The translations under genes were made by a program, and so were the position numbers. From positions 1 through 57,093 of the forward strand of contig JAAYZF010000122.1 in the NCBI GenBank assembly GCA_012514975.1: a stretch of DNA of 57,093 nucleotides, in the 5' to 3' direction. The notes below the pieces were generated by a model. That model did not search any database. It was not told the origin of the DNA and worked only from the letters and a program-made list of their open reading frames with translations. Source of the stretch: a bacterium. GTDB taxonomy: Bacteria; Auribacterota; UBA3054; JAAYZF01. Shown here piece by piece: positions 18,865 to 27,948 of this stretch; positions within the stretch are counted from its first letter, which is position 1, and the number at the start of each line of letters is the position of its first letter.

Positions 18865-21003
18865 TCACTGCGGCGGGATGTACAGCACCTGCCCGACGCG
18901 CAGCGCATTGGCACGCTGCAGCGTGTCCCTGTTATACTGGAAGATGACCGTCCATTTCGTGCGGTCGCCATAGACTTTCTGCGCGATGCCGGAGAGGGTG
19001 TCGCCCTGCTGCACGCGGTACGCGCGGACGGTACGTCCGCCGGTTGTGGTGCCGGACGACGGCGTCACGCTGTATGCGGACGGCGCGGGGCGGCGGTACG
19101 AGCTCGCGGGCGTAACAACCGTCTGCGCGCCCGCCGTCCGCGGCTGGGTGCTGACGGCCGCGCCCGCGGCGCCCACCTGCCGCGGCGGCTCAAGCTCGGG
19201 CTTCCACGTCGTCGTGTACTGCGACCACGTGTCCTGCGAGCCGCTGCGCTGCGCAGGAACGGGCTGCGGCGAAGCGCCCGGTGTGATGTCGACCTCCGTC
19301 TGCTGCGCGGGAGCGACCGAGGCGGTCTGTGCGACGGAAACCGGCTGGCCGATGTCCACCGCGGGCGCGCCGGACTGCTTCTCGAGCTCGGCAATGCGCG
19401 TGCGCGCCTTGTCAAGCTCCTTCTCGAGCTCGTCCGTCTTCAGCCTCTCGGGCTCGGCGGCAGCGGACGCGCGGGCCGCGGAGAGCTGTTTCTCGAGGAG
19501 CCCTATCTGGCGTTCCTTGCTGTCGAGCGAGCGGTTGAGCTCGGCGACGAGCGTGGATGACGGCGCGGGCGTCTGGGCCGCCGAGGCGCTCTGCTGGAAC
19601 TTCAGGTTCTGGTCGGTCAACGAGGCGATCTGCGCGTCACGCTGCATGAGGAGCTGGTTCTGCTTCTTGATGGTCTCCTGCATCTGCATGATCTCCTCGG
19701 AAAGGTCGGTGAACTCGCGCCCCACTGCCGGCTTGGCCGATGCGGGGAGGGTTTTGAGCGTCTCGACCTGGCGTTCAAGCTCGTTGACCCGCTGCTCGGC
19801 CTCGGTGCGCTTGGCGCTGTTCTCGTTGTAATCGGTCGTGATCTTGGCGATCTGCATGCGGAGCCTCCTGTTCTCCTCGGCAAGGGACTCCTTTTCGGCG
19901 GGCGAGGGCGAAGCGGCGATGACCTCGTCGGTGCGCTTCTTCAGGTCGGCAAGCGCGGTCTCGACGCGTTCCCTGCCGGCCTCGGCTTCCGACTTGTCCT
20001 TGTCAAGCTGCGCGATGCGTTCCTGCAGCCGTTTGATCTCGGCATCCTTGGCCTCGATGTCCGCGGCGGGCTGGAGGGCTTCGCCGATCCGCGCCGATTT
20101 CTCGAGCGAGGAGATCTTGGTGTTCAGCGCGCGGTTCTCGTCGCGCAGCGCAGTGATCTGTGCCGCCAGCTCCTTGTCTGCGACGCCGGACTGCATTGCC
20201 TTGTTCGCGGCGGCAAGTTCCTGCTTCAGCTTCACGAGGCTCTCCTCGAGCCCGCGCGCCTTGGTTGTTTCCTGCTGGTACTGCGCCCTGGCCTGCTCGA
20301 CCTGTGTTTTCATCTGCATGAGCGACTGCTGGAGCTGCTTGTCTGATCCGCGCAGCTCGGGCGACGCGAGCAGCTCGGTGAGGTCCTTGCGGGATCTGCC
20401 TTCATCGAGTTTCTGTTTGAGGCTGTCGCGGTCGACGGTGAGGTTCTCGACCTTGTCCTGCAGGTCGCGGTTCTCCGCCTTGAACTTGCGCAACTCGTCG
20501 CGCACCCTGGCGAGTTCGGCCTCGTTCTTCGCGATCAGCTCCTTCTCCTTGGCGGAGAAGTCGGATTTGAGCTGGTCGCGCTCCTTGGAAACGATGGCGG
20601 TGACGGCTTCGCGCGCCGGGCCGGTGAGCATGATCACCTGGCCGGTGGCCGTGGCAGCCGAGGCCTGCATGGCTTCGCGGGCCAGCCCCATCCACCGGCG
20701 GACGATCTCCTTCTGCCTTTCGTTGGCGGAGATATCCAGGTATCTTTGATACCAGGATATTGCGCCCGCCTTGTCCTCGAGCATGTCGTCGTAAATCATC
20801 GCGGCCTCGAGGTACGCGTCGGCGAAATTCGGGTCGAGCTCGACCGCCTTCTGGAAGAGCTGGAGCGCTTCCTGGTAGCGCTGGGCCGACTTGAGCTCCA
20901 TGCCCTTCTTGAACTGCTCGGTGGCGGGCGACACGGGTTTCGTGCATGCCGGCACAAAGGCCAGCAGGCACAGCGCAGCAAGGCTAAGGACGGTGGTCCG
21001 CAT
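18865..21003 (-). CDS. Lipoprotein with N-terminal TPR, long coiled coil, Pro/Thr-rich linker and C-terminal LysM domain, 712 aa
   Basis: The lipobox is LLAFVPAC. The TPR-like region is YQEALQLFQKAVELDPNFADAY. About 400 aa are heptad-rich and K/E/Q/L-rich. The C-terminus YRVQQGDTLSGIAQKVYGDRTKWTVIFQYNRDTL...GQVLYIP is a LysM domain. ATG 21003 lies within ORF 18865..21048. Confidence 0.75.
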   Translation of the reverse strand: MRTTVLSLAALCLLAFVPACTKPVSPATEQFKKGMELKSAQRYQEALQLFQKAVELDPNFADAYLEAAMIYDDMLEDKAGAISWYQRYLDISANERQKEIVRRWMGLAREAMQASAATATGQVIMLTGPAREAVTAIVSKERDQLKSDFSAKEKELIAKNEAELARVRDELRKFKAENRDLQDKVENLTVDRDSLKQKLDEGRSRKDLTELLASPELRGSDKQLQQSLMQMKTQVEQARAQYQQETTKARGLEESLVKLKQELAAANKAMQSGVADKELAAQITALRDENRALNTKISSLEKSARIGEALQPAADIEAKDAEIKRLQERIAQLDKDKSEAEAGRERVETALADLKKRTDEVIAASPSPAEKESLAEENRRLRMQIAKITTDYNENSAKRTEAEQRVNELERQVETLKTLPASAKPAVGREFTDLSEEIMQMQETIKKQNQLLMQRDAQIASLTDQNLKFQQSASAAQTPAPSSTLVAELNRSLDSKERQIGLLEKQLSAARASAAAEPERLKTDELEKELDKARTRIAELEKQSGAPAVDIGQPVSVAQTASVAPAQQTEVDITPGASPQPVPAQRSGSQDTWSQYTTTWKPELEPPRQVGAAGAAVSTQPRTAGAQTVVTPASSYRRPAPSAYSVTPSSGTTTGGRTVRAYRVQQGDTLSGIAQKVYGDRTKWTVIFQYNRDTLQRANALRVGQVLYIPPQ

Positions 21004-21017
21004 AACTACCTCCGCAG

Positions 21018-22655
21018 TTACCGCGCCCCCGCGTTCCTCGTGATCCACTCGCGTACAAGGTCCGCGTACGAGGTGTTGGGAGCGAGCTCCAGATACGTCG
21101 TGAAATGCTCCAGCGCGGCTTCCCGTTGCTGAAGCCGGTCATATACCGTGCCGAGGGCAAGATGGCTCTCGGCGTAGTTCGGGTTCTTCTCGAGCGCCTT
21201 CTGGAAGTACGCGATGGCGTCGGTGAAATTCGTCTGCATCACATAGACGAGGCCAAGATTGTAGTACGCGTTCGGGTATGCCTGGTTGATCGTGATCGCC
21301 TTTTGGAAGTACCGGCGCGCTTCCTCGAGCTGGCTCGAGGCGATCATGGCCGCGCCCCTGTTGATCGCCGCGTCGTATGTTTCGGGCTCTTCGGCGGCGC
21401 GGGCCTCGGCCTGGCGGCGCCGCTCGTCCTCGGCGCGTTTCCGCTCGTCTTCCTCGCGGCGCTTCCGTTCCTCCTCCTCGAGCCGCCGTTTGCGCTCGGC
21501 GCCCTCGATGCGTTCGTATTCCTCGCGCAGCTTCTTCACGTACGCCACGCTCGCCTGGAACTCCTCGTCGTTGTTGCGGCACGCCTCGAGATATTTCTCG
21601 TAATAGGTGATCGCCATGTTGAGATCATGGAACTCGCGCTCGTAGATCTTGGCGATCTCCTTGTTCAGATAGGCGCGGCTCGGGTCCTTCTCGACGGCCT
21701 GCTTGAAGTACCGAAGCGCGTCCTTGGGCAGCTCGTTCGAGACTGACCGGCTGCCGAGCCGCATGTAGTAGTCCGCCAGCTCGCGCGCCTGCTTCTCGGC
21801 GGGCGAGAGGGGCGGCGCGGGCGCCGGCGCGGCGGCCTCGGCGGCCTGCTGCGTCTCAGCGGGCTCGGCAACGGCGACGAACGGCACGGGATTGCTGATC
21901 AGCGGCCCGCTCCGCGGCTCGAACGTCTCGGCAACGGCTTTTGCACGCTCCGGGTCGAGCTTCGCAAAGGCCTGGAAGTACTCACGCGCCTTGCGCATGT
22001 TGCTGAACCGGTCGCGGTAGAGCACGGCCAGGCGCCGCGCGGCCTCGGCATTCTGCTTGTTGGCGGCAAAGGCCCGTTCATAGTTCTCGACGGCGAGCGG
22101 CCACTGCGCCGCGCGCTCGTAGCACGAGCCGATGAGCGCGTACAGCGCGTCGCTCTTGTTGCCAAGCGAAGCGGCATGGGTGAAATTCATCGCCGCGTTC
22201 GCGTACTCGCGGCTCTGATAGTACGCCATGCCGAGCTTCATGTACACCAGCGGGTTCTGCGTGTCGAGCGCACGCGCATGGCCGTAGCAGAACATCGCCA
22301 GCTTCCAGTCGTCCGACCGCATGTAATACATGCCGAGGCCGAGCCACGCGAGCGCGTTCTTGCGCCCGCTGATCTCGAGCGCGCGGGAGAACTCGCCGCC
22401 CGCGTACGGCAGCCAGCCGAGCTTCAGATATGTGAACCCGAGACTGATGCGCACGGTGACGGAATCGGGATACGCGGTCTTGAGCTCGTGATACAGCCAT
22501 GCCGCGCGGCCGTAGTCGCGCGCCGCGAACGCCTCGTCCGCCTCCTTGAGCATGGCAAGCGGCGCGCGCTTCGGGCCGCAGCCCGCGCACACGAGGATCG
22601 CGGCAATCGCCATCATCCCTGCAAGGCAGATGCGTAGTGTCGGCCTCATGCGCAT
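21018..22655 (-). CDS. TPR-repeat lipoprotein with a central Glu/Arg-rich charged helix, 545 aa
   Basis: The lipobox is AILVCAGCGP. There are multiple TPR-like units (A..Y...L..DP.N..A...LG..Y) and an ERKRRLEEEERKRREEDERKRAEDERRRQ segment. The start ATG 22655 or 22649 lies just after the panB stop. Confidence 0.75.
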   Translation of the reverse strand: MRMRPTLRICLAGMMAIAAILVCAGCGPKRAPLAMLKEADEAFAARDYGRAAWLYHELKTAYPDSVTVRISLGFTYLKLGWLPYAGGEFSRALEISGRKNALAWLGLGMYYMRSDDWKLAMFCYGHARALDTQNPLVYMKLGMAYYQSREYANAAMNFTHAASLGNKSDALYALIGSCYERAAQWPLAVENYERAFAANKQNAEAARRLAVLYRDRFSNMRKAREYFQAFAKLDPERAKAVAETFEPRSGPLISNPVPFVAVAEPAETQQAAEAAAPAPAPPLSPAEKQARELADYYMRLGSRSVSNELPKDALRYFKQAVEKDPSRAYLNKEIAKIYEREFHDLNMAITYYEKYLEACRNNDEEFQASVAYVKKLREEYERIEGAERKRRLEEEERKRREEDERKRAEDERRRQAEARAAEEPETYDAAINRGAAMIASSQLEEARRYFQKAITINQAYPNAYYNLGLVYVMQTNFTDAIAYFQKALEKNPNYAESHLALGTVYDRLQQREAALEHFTTYLELAPNTSYADLVREWITRNAGAR

Positions 22656-22656
22656 G

Positions 22657-23475
22657 TCAGAACGAGTGCTCCGCGTCGGGGAATTCACCGGCTTTCACGT
22701 CGCGTGCAAACGCGGTGATCGCCTCGCGGGCCACGGCGCGGACGGAGGCGTATGGCTTCACGAATTTCTTTGGTTTCTCCGTCCAGCCGAGCAGGTCGTG
22801 CGTGACGAGGATCTGCCCGTCGCACGCCGGCCCGGCGCCGATGCCGATCGTCGGCACGCGCAACGCCTTGGACAGCCGCCCCGCAAACGCGCGCGGCACG
22901 CATTCGAGCACGACGGCAAACACGCCTGCCTCCTCGAGCGCACGCGCCTCGGCCCTGATGCGCCGCGCCTGGCTCTCGGTCCTCCCCTGCACCTTGTATC
23001 CCCCAAGCTCGAGCACGGACTGCGGCTTGAGCCCGACATGGCCGAGTACGGGGATGTGCGCGGAGGTGATCTTCCGTATCGCGGGGATGACGTCGATGCT
23101 TCCCTCGACCTTCACGCCCGCCGCGCCCGCTTCCTTGATGAACCTGCCGGCGTTGCGCAGCGCCTCCTCGGGCGACAACTCGTATGAGAGGAACGGCATG
23201 TCCCCGATCACCGGCACTCCGCCCGCGCCGCGGACGACCATCTTCGTGTGGTACACCATCTCGTCCATCGTCATCGGCAGCGTGGACGAATAGCCGAGCA
23301 CGACGTTCGCCACCGAATCGCCCACAAGGATGAAATCCACGGGGCATTCCGCGAGCAGCGATGCCGTGAGACAATCGTACGCGGTAAGCGCAACGATTTT
23401 CTCCCCGGCCGTCTTCTTGGCACGCAAGCCAGCCAGGGTCGTTCTCTTCTGTTGGTCTGTCATCGGTTGCGTCAA
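22657..23475 (-). CDS. panB: 3-methyl-2-oxobutanoate hydroxymethyltransferase
   Basis: Motifs LTAYDCLTASLL, ILVGDSVANVVLGYSSTLPMTMDEMVYHTKMV and GHVGLKPQS are present. Confidence 0.92.
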   Translation of the reverse strand: MTQPMTDQQKRTTLAGLRAKKTAGEKIVALTAYDCLTASLLAECPVDFILVGDSVANVVLGYSSTLPMTMDEMVYHTKMVVRGAGGVPVIGDMPFLSYELSPEEALRNAGRFIKEAGAAGVKVEGSIDVIPAIRKITSAHIPVLGHVGLKPQSVLELGGYKVQGRTESQARRIRAEARALEEAGVFAVVLECVPRAFAGRLSKALRVPTIGIGAGPACDGQILVTHDLLGWTEKPKKFVKPYASVRAVAREAITAFARDVKAGEFPDAEHSF

Positions 23476-23602
23476 CCGTATGCCGCCGGTGCTGGCCGCT
23501 CCTTGAAGCCAGTGCGCCGGCGCTCCAGCGATGCCGTGTCAACCCCTTTAAATGGCACCTGCTGTCTACTGCAATGGAATTATACCAAAAAACCCCGTTT
23601 TT

Positions 23603-24466
23603 TCAAATTGTACGCCGCCTCAAGGCATGAAAGGCCGAAAGGGCCGGCAGCGCCACAGCCACCATCACGCACCCGCCAGGCTCGGGGATGGCAAAGTCGA
23701 AGTACTCGTCCACAAGGCTGCCGCTGTCCACATAATACGTGCGCTGCGCGCCGATGACGAACTCGGAGACGCCGATCACGCGCGGGCTGTTGGTGTCATA
23801 GAACCAGTCGAAGGAGTAGCCCAGGCCCGTCCAGGGAAACGCGCCGCTGCCCGAGTAGATCGTGGCCTGGCGATTGGTGAACCACGAGAAATAGCTCCTG
23901 CCATACGTGCCGCCGAACCAGGCCGGGCCGTCGGTGTCGTGATCCGTCCAGTCACGAAAGGTCGCCGCATTGGTCGTCGTCCAGTTGATGGCAGGCCGGA
24001 ACAGCCCGTCCGGCGCCACCCAGAGGGTTGCCGCGAAGAGGTGCGTGGCGGCGTTGGAAATGCCCAGCACCTGCTCCGCGCGCATGGCCACACTGGTCAG
24101 CGAACCCGTGTCGAACTCGTTGGTCCGTGCGGTGATGTACTCTTTCAGCTCGGGCTCGAACGAGACCCACGATTCGTAGCCCGCGCCGTTGGAAAGCGCG
24201 ACAGCCCAGCCTTCGTACGGCTGGTAGTAATTGGACCACGTGCTTCCTGTCATCAACGAGACGGTCTTCAGGTAGGTCGCGCCGCCGACATTGGTCGTAA
24301 TAAGCCGGTCGTAACTGAGCGTCAGAAGATTGGTCGAAGCAGGCAGACCGGAGAGATCCTGTGCGCGGGCGATTGCCTCCCAATAGGTCGATGCCCCGGC
24401 CGCGCGCGGCAGGAGCACCGGCAGAAAGAGCAGAATGGCGGATCCTCGCATCAGAAGCTTTTTCAT
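23603..24466 (-). CDS. Secreted PEP-CTERM protein of unknown function, 287 aa
   Basis: The signal peptide MKKLLMRGSAILLFLPVLLPRAAGA starts at the internal ATG 24466 of ORF 23603..24640, with a GAGGA SD 4 nt upstream. The C-terminus is IPEPGGCVMVAVALPALSAFHALRRRTI. Confidence 0.65.
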   Translation of the reverse strand: MKKLLMRGSAILLFLPVLLPRAAGASTYWEAIARAQDLSGLPASTNLLTLSYDRLITTNVGGATYLKTVSLMTGSTWSNYYQPYEGWAVALSNGAGYESWVSFEPELKEYITARTNEFDTGSLTSVAMRAEQVLGISNAATHLFAATLWVAPDGLFRPAINWTTTNAATFRDWTDHDTDGPAWFGGTYGRSYFSWFTNRQATIYSGSGAFPWTGLGYSFDWFYDTNSPRVIGVSEFVIGAQRTYYVDSGSLVDEYFDFAIPEPGGCVMVAVALPALSAFHALRRRTI

Positions 24467-24553
24467 GGCAATCCTCTTTCCGTGGTGACAGACCGGGAGT
24501 ATCCTCTCCTCCGTGCGCTCTTCCCGTTCGAGTACTCTCCTCGTCCGGCAGGC

Positions 24554-24562
24554 ATTGTACCA
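24554..24562 (-). promoter_or_regulatory. Extended -10 element TGGTACAAT (minus strand) about 90 nt upstream of the 24466 start
   Basis: The + strand reads ATTGTACCA at 24554-24562. The element style matches the other promoters in this window. No strong -35 was seen. Confidence 0.4.
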
Positions 24563-24673
24563 TATTCGATGAAAGAACCAGGCATCGGGCGCGAAGCACC
24601 CATCCACAGACGGCACAAACGGACGCTGATCCGGGCGCAACTGCAGGATCGCCGCCTATCCCCTGGAAACGTA

Positions 24674-24823
24674 TTGGGGGATGCCATCCCCCAGTACGGA
24701 ATTTGGGGGATGCCGAACGACGGGCAAACGGGTACGGGCACACTGGGGGCGGCGTGGGCGGCGGGAACGGCCTCGCTGAAGCGAGCACTCCAAATCCCCC
24801 ATGAGACAACGTTGGGGGATGCC
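24674..24823. repeat. Cluster of five TGGGGGAT motif copies: three direct TTGGGGGATGCC and two inverted ATCCCCCA
   Basis: TTGGGGGATGCC occurs at 24674-24685, 24703-24714 and 24812-24823. ATCCCCCA occurs at 24686-24693 and 24794-24801. The first pair forms a 9+1+9 palindrome (TGGGGGATG-C-CATCCCCCA). The last pair forms an 8-bp stem with an 11-nt loop. Confidence 0.8.
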
Positions 24824-24963
24824 CACACCACGGACACCCACCACGCCATGTCCGGAGCGCGCGTTCGAACGCCGTATCCGATGCTCCCGTCCGTTGCCAT
24901 ACGAGCAGTCCGATGCTGAATGCCGGGCTCGCGCGGCGCGGGGCGTGCCGGGCCGCGGTGGGT

Positions 24964-24993
24964 TTGACAAGACCGTGTTCCTATTCGTATAAT
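24964..24993 (+). promoter_or_regulatory. Near-consensus sigma-70 promoter TTGACA-N18-TATAAT upstream of hisI
   Basis: TTGACA lies at 24964-24969 and TATAAT at 24988-24993. The first ATG of the track ORF (24992) lies inside the -10, so the real start must be downstream. Confidence 0.65.
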
Positions 24994-25021
24994 GCGTCAA
25001 CTCTTTATGAAGGAAACGGCT

Positions 25022-25438
25022 ATGGCAGGAGACACACACGCCCTCGAGGAGGGCAGCGCATTCGCGCTTGATTTCGGCAAGCTGGCCAAGGTGGCCGCGT
25101 GCGGCCAGCCGCTCGTTCCCGTTGCCGTGCAGGATGCCGGGACGGGCGAGGTGATGATCATCGCGTATGTCAACAAGCTCGCGCTTGATCACACGATCAA
25201 GACGGGCCATGCGACCTTCTGGAGCACGTCGCGCAACGAGCTGTGGGAAAAGGGGGCCACGTCAGGCGATGTGCTGCAGATCGTCGAGATTCGCGTGAAC
25301 TGCGAGCAGAATTCGCTGCTCTACCGGGTCAGGCGGCTCGGCAAGGGCGCGTGCCACACGAAGGATGCCTCGGGCAGGACGCGGAATTCGTGCTTCTATC
25401 GCACGCTCAAGAACGGTTCGCTCGTGCCATCGGCATAA
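25022..25438 (+). CDS. hisI: Phosphoribosyl-AMP cyclohydrolase (monofunctional)
   Basis: LVPVAVQDAGTGEVMIIAYVNKLALDHTIKTGHATFWSTSRNELWEKGATSGDVLQIVEIRVNCEQNSLLYRV...GACHT matches HisI. ATG 25022 has AAGGAA 6 nt upstream; ATG 25007 is the alternative. Confidence 0.85.
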   Translation: MAGDTHALEEGSAFALDFGKLAKVAACGQPLVPVAVQDAGTGEVMIIAYVNKLALDHTIKTGHATFWSTSRNELWEKGATSGDVLQIVEIRVNCEQNSLLYRVRRLGKGACHTKDASGRTRNSCFYRTLKNGSLVPSA

Positions 25439-25458
25439 CATAAGAGAAAACCCTACTA

Positions 25459-25560
25459 CGGATTGAACGGATGGACCCGGATGTTGAACTGAAAGGAATG
25501 AAGCAGGTGCCGCCGCTCGATTCGTGTGAGCAGCTCATCCGTTCTCATCCGCGACATCCG
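25459..25560 (+). promoter_or_regulatory. trpE upstream leader with three CGGAT(G) units and three complementary CATCCG units
   Basis: CGGAT occurs at 25459, 25468 and 25478. CATCCG occurs at 25536, 25546 and 25555. Both sets have a ~10-nt period and lie 15-115 nt upstream of the trpE ATG. Confidence 0.45.
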
Positions 25561-25574
25561 TTGCTGCGAAGTGT

Positions 25575-27071
25575 ATGACGCCTGATTTCAAGACATTTGA
25601 ACGCCTCGCCTCACCCGGCGCCGTCATCCCGGTGTACACCGAGCTTCTGGCGGACATGGAGACGCCGCTGGCCGTGTACTCGAGGCTGGCGGACGGGCAG
25701 TATTCCTTTCTGCTCGAATCGGTGGAGGGCGGTGAGAATCTTGCGCGGTACTCATTCATCGGGTCGCATCCCCGTGTCGTGTTCAAGTCGAAGGGCAGGA
25801 ACGTGACGCTGATCGAGGGCGGGGTCGAGAAGACGTACGAGGTCGCCGATTCGCCGGTCGAGGATCTGCGGCGGATCATGAAGCGGTATTCGTTCGTCGC
25901 GCTGCCCGGGCTGCCACGGTTTGCCGGAGGCGCCGTGGGATATGTCAGCTACGATGCGATCCAGTATTTCGAGCCGGTGCCGCAGGGCAATCCGGACGAC
26001 CGTGATCTTCCCGAGCTGTACTTCGTGCTCACGTCGTGCGTCGTCGCGTTCGACCATGTGCGTCACCGGCTGATCGTGGTGGCGAACGCGCACTGCGACG
26101 GAAGGCCTGCGCGCGCTGTGTACGATGAGGCGCTTGCGTGCATCACGCGAGTCGAGCAGGCGTTGCAGACGCCGCCGGCGTTCCGGCCGCTGCAGGCGAT
26201 CGACTCGGGCGCGCTGGCGGCGACGGATTTCAGGCAGCCGCCGTCGAACTACACGATCGAGGAATACGGGACGATCGTCGAGCGGTGCAAGGAGTACATC
26301 CGCGCGGGCGACATCATCCAGGTCGTGCCGTCCCAGCGGTTCGAGTATGCGACCGGGGCGACGCCGTTCGACGTCTACCGTGCCGTGCGGTGCATCAACC
26401 CGTCGCCGTACATGTTCCTGCTCGAGTTCAAGGGTGTGGCGCTCGTCGGGTCGAGCCCGGAAGTGATGGTGCGGGTGGAGAACGGCGAAGTGGAGGTGCG
26501 GCCGATTGCCGGCACGCGGCGTCGCGGGATGACGCAGGAGGAGGATGCGGCGCTCGAGGCCGAGCTGCTGGCCGACGAGAAGGAGCGGGCCGAACACGCC
26601 ATGCTCGTCGATCTCGGGCGCAACGACATTGGCCGCGTGTGCGAATTCGGCACGGTGCGCGTCTCGGAGCTGATGGTAATCGAGCGGTACTCGCACGTGA
26701 TGCACATCGTGTCGTGCGTGCTTGGGAAGCTGATGCGGGAGAAGGACGCATTTGACGTCCTCGCCGCGACGTTCCCGGCGGGCACCGTGTCCGGCGCGCC
26801 GAAAATCCGCGCGATGCAGATCATCGAGGAGATGGAGAAATGCCGGCGCGGGCCGTATGCAGGAACGGTCTGTTATCTTGGGTACGAAGGGAATCTTGAT
26901 TCATGCATCACGATCCGCACGATTGTGATGAAGGGCGGCAAGGCATACGTTCAGGCCGGCGGGGGGATAGTTGCCGACTCGATACCCGAGCTCGAGTACA
27001 AGGAGACGGTGAACAAGGCGCGCGCGTTGATCAAGGCGATCCACCTTGCCGGCACGTTTCGCGAGGCATAA
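25575..27071 (+). CDS. trpE: Anthranilate synthase component I
   Basis: Motifs LLESVEGGE, SPEVMVRV, IAGTRRRG, LLADEKERAEHAMLVDLGRNDIGRV, GTVSGAPKIRAMQII and RGPYAGTVCY are present. Confidence 0.95.
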   Translation: MTPDFKTFERLASPGAVIPVYTELLADMETPLAVYSRLADGQYSFLLESVEGGENLARYSFIGSHPRVVFKSKGRNVTLIEGGVEKTYEVADSPVEDLRRIMKRYSFVALPGLPRFAGGAVGYVSYDAIQYFEPVPQGNPDDRDLPELYFVLTSCVVAFDHVRHRLIVVANAHCDGRPARAVYDEALACITRVEQALQTPPAFRPLQAIDSGALAATDFRQPPSNYTIEEYGTIVERCKEYIRAGDIIQVVPSQRFEYATGATPFDVYRAVRCINPSPYMFLLEFKGVALVGSSPEVMVRVENGEVEVRPIAGTRRRGMTQEEDAALEAELLADEKERAEHAMLVDLGRNDIGRVCEFGTVRVSELMVIERYSHVMHIVSCVLGKLMREKDAFDVLAATFPAGTVSGAPKIRAMQIIEEMEKCRRGPYAGTVCYLGYEGNLDSCITIRTIVMKGGKAYVQAGGGIVADSIPELEYKETVNKARALIKAIHLAGTFREA

Positions 27072-27128
27072 TCCGCCGTGGAAAGTCCGCCGCAGCGCGG
27101 CGTGTTCAATCACTGATGTGGGCGCACC

Positions 27129-27698
27129 ATGCTGGTCATCATAGACAACTACGATTCGTTCACCTACAATCTCTACCAATACCTGGGCGAGCTTGGGGCG
27201 CAGATGCGCGTATTCCGCAACGACAAGGTGACGCTGCGCGAGCTCGACGAGCTCAAGCCCGGGAAGCTGCTCGTGTCGCCGGGGCCGTGCACGCCGAAAG
27301 AGGCGGGCATATCATGCGCGGTGATCGAGCATTTCGCCGGGAAGATACCGGTTCTCGGCGTCTGTCTCGGGCACCAGTGCATCGGCCAGGTGTTCGGCGG
27401 ACATGTCATCCGCGCGCAGCGGCTGATGCACGGCAAGACGTCCCAGATTCATCACAACGGCGAAGGCGTGTTCAAGGGCATGCCCGATCCGTTCGAGGCC
27501 ACGCGGTACCACTCCCTCATCATCGAGGCGGCAACCTGCCCGCCATGCCTTGAAGTCACCGCGCACGCCGACGACCGGAAGGACGAGATCATGGGTGTGC
27601 GGCACAAGACGCTGCCGGTCTACGGCGTTCAATTCCATCCCGAGTCGATCCTGACGAACAACGGCAAGCAGCTCCTGCAGAATTTCCTCTCGATGTGA
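27129..27698 (+). CDS. trpG: Anthranilate synthase component II / aminodeoxychorismate synthase glutamine amidotransferase
   Basis: [37 protein letters not shown] and FHPES form the class I GATase triad context. Confidence 0.92.
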   Translation: MLVIIDNYDSFTYNLYQYLGELGAQMRVFRNDKVTLRELDELKPGKLLVSPGPCTPKEAGISCAVIEHFAGKIPVLGVCLGHQCIGQVFGGHVIRAQRLMHGKTSQIHHNGEGVFKGMPDPFEATRYHSLIIEAATCPPCLEVTAHADDRKDEIMGVRHKTLPVYGVQFHPESILTNNGKQLLQNFLSM

Positions 27699-27910
27699 GA
27701 GGAGCTGAGCGGCGCGGCGAAACATTCTTGAACCACTGAGCCGCAGAGGCACGGAGGACGGCGTTGGTAGTATGCCCGTCAGGGCATGCAGCGCCGCCGC
27801 TGTCGTGCACTGCAGGTCTTGGCCGGTCATGCGGCAACCGGGACGGCCGCCCTCCACGTTCTGTATGGCAAGTGCGCAGCGTGTGCGAGTCGGGACAAAG
27901 CCCCGGCTGT

Positions 27911-27939
27911 TTGCCCCGGCGCGCGTTTTATGGTATACT
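27911..27939 (+). promoter_or_regulatory. Sigma-70 promoter TTGCCC-N17-TATACT with extended TG; the predicted transcript is leaderless or nearly so
   Basis: TTGCCC lies at 27911-27916 and TGGTATACT at 27931-27939. ATG 27949 begins 9 nt after the -10, and there is no SD. Confidence 0.55.
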
Positions 27940-27948
27940 AGTACCAGA

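Noticed and set aside
24845-24880. A GTTCGAAC-containing segment resembling a tRNA T-loop
   Set aside because: No flanking 5-bp T-stem, acceptor stem or anticodon arm could be drawn. It is not a tRNA.
25471-25578. The 35-codon ORF upstream of trpE, considered as a classical Trp-attenuator leader peptide
   Set aside because: It contains no Trp codons and has a weak ribosome-binding site. It is kept only as part of the leader-structure observation.
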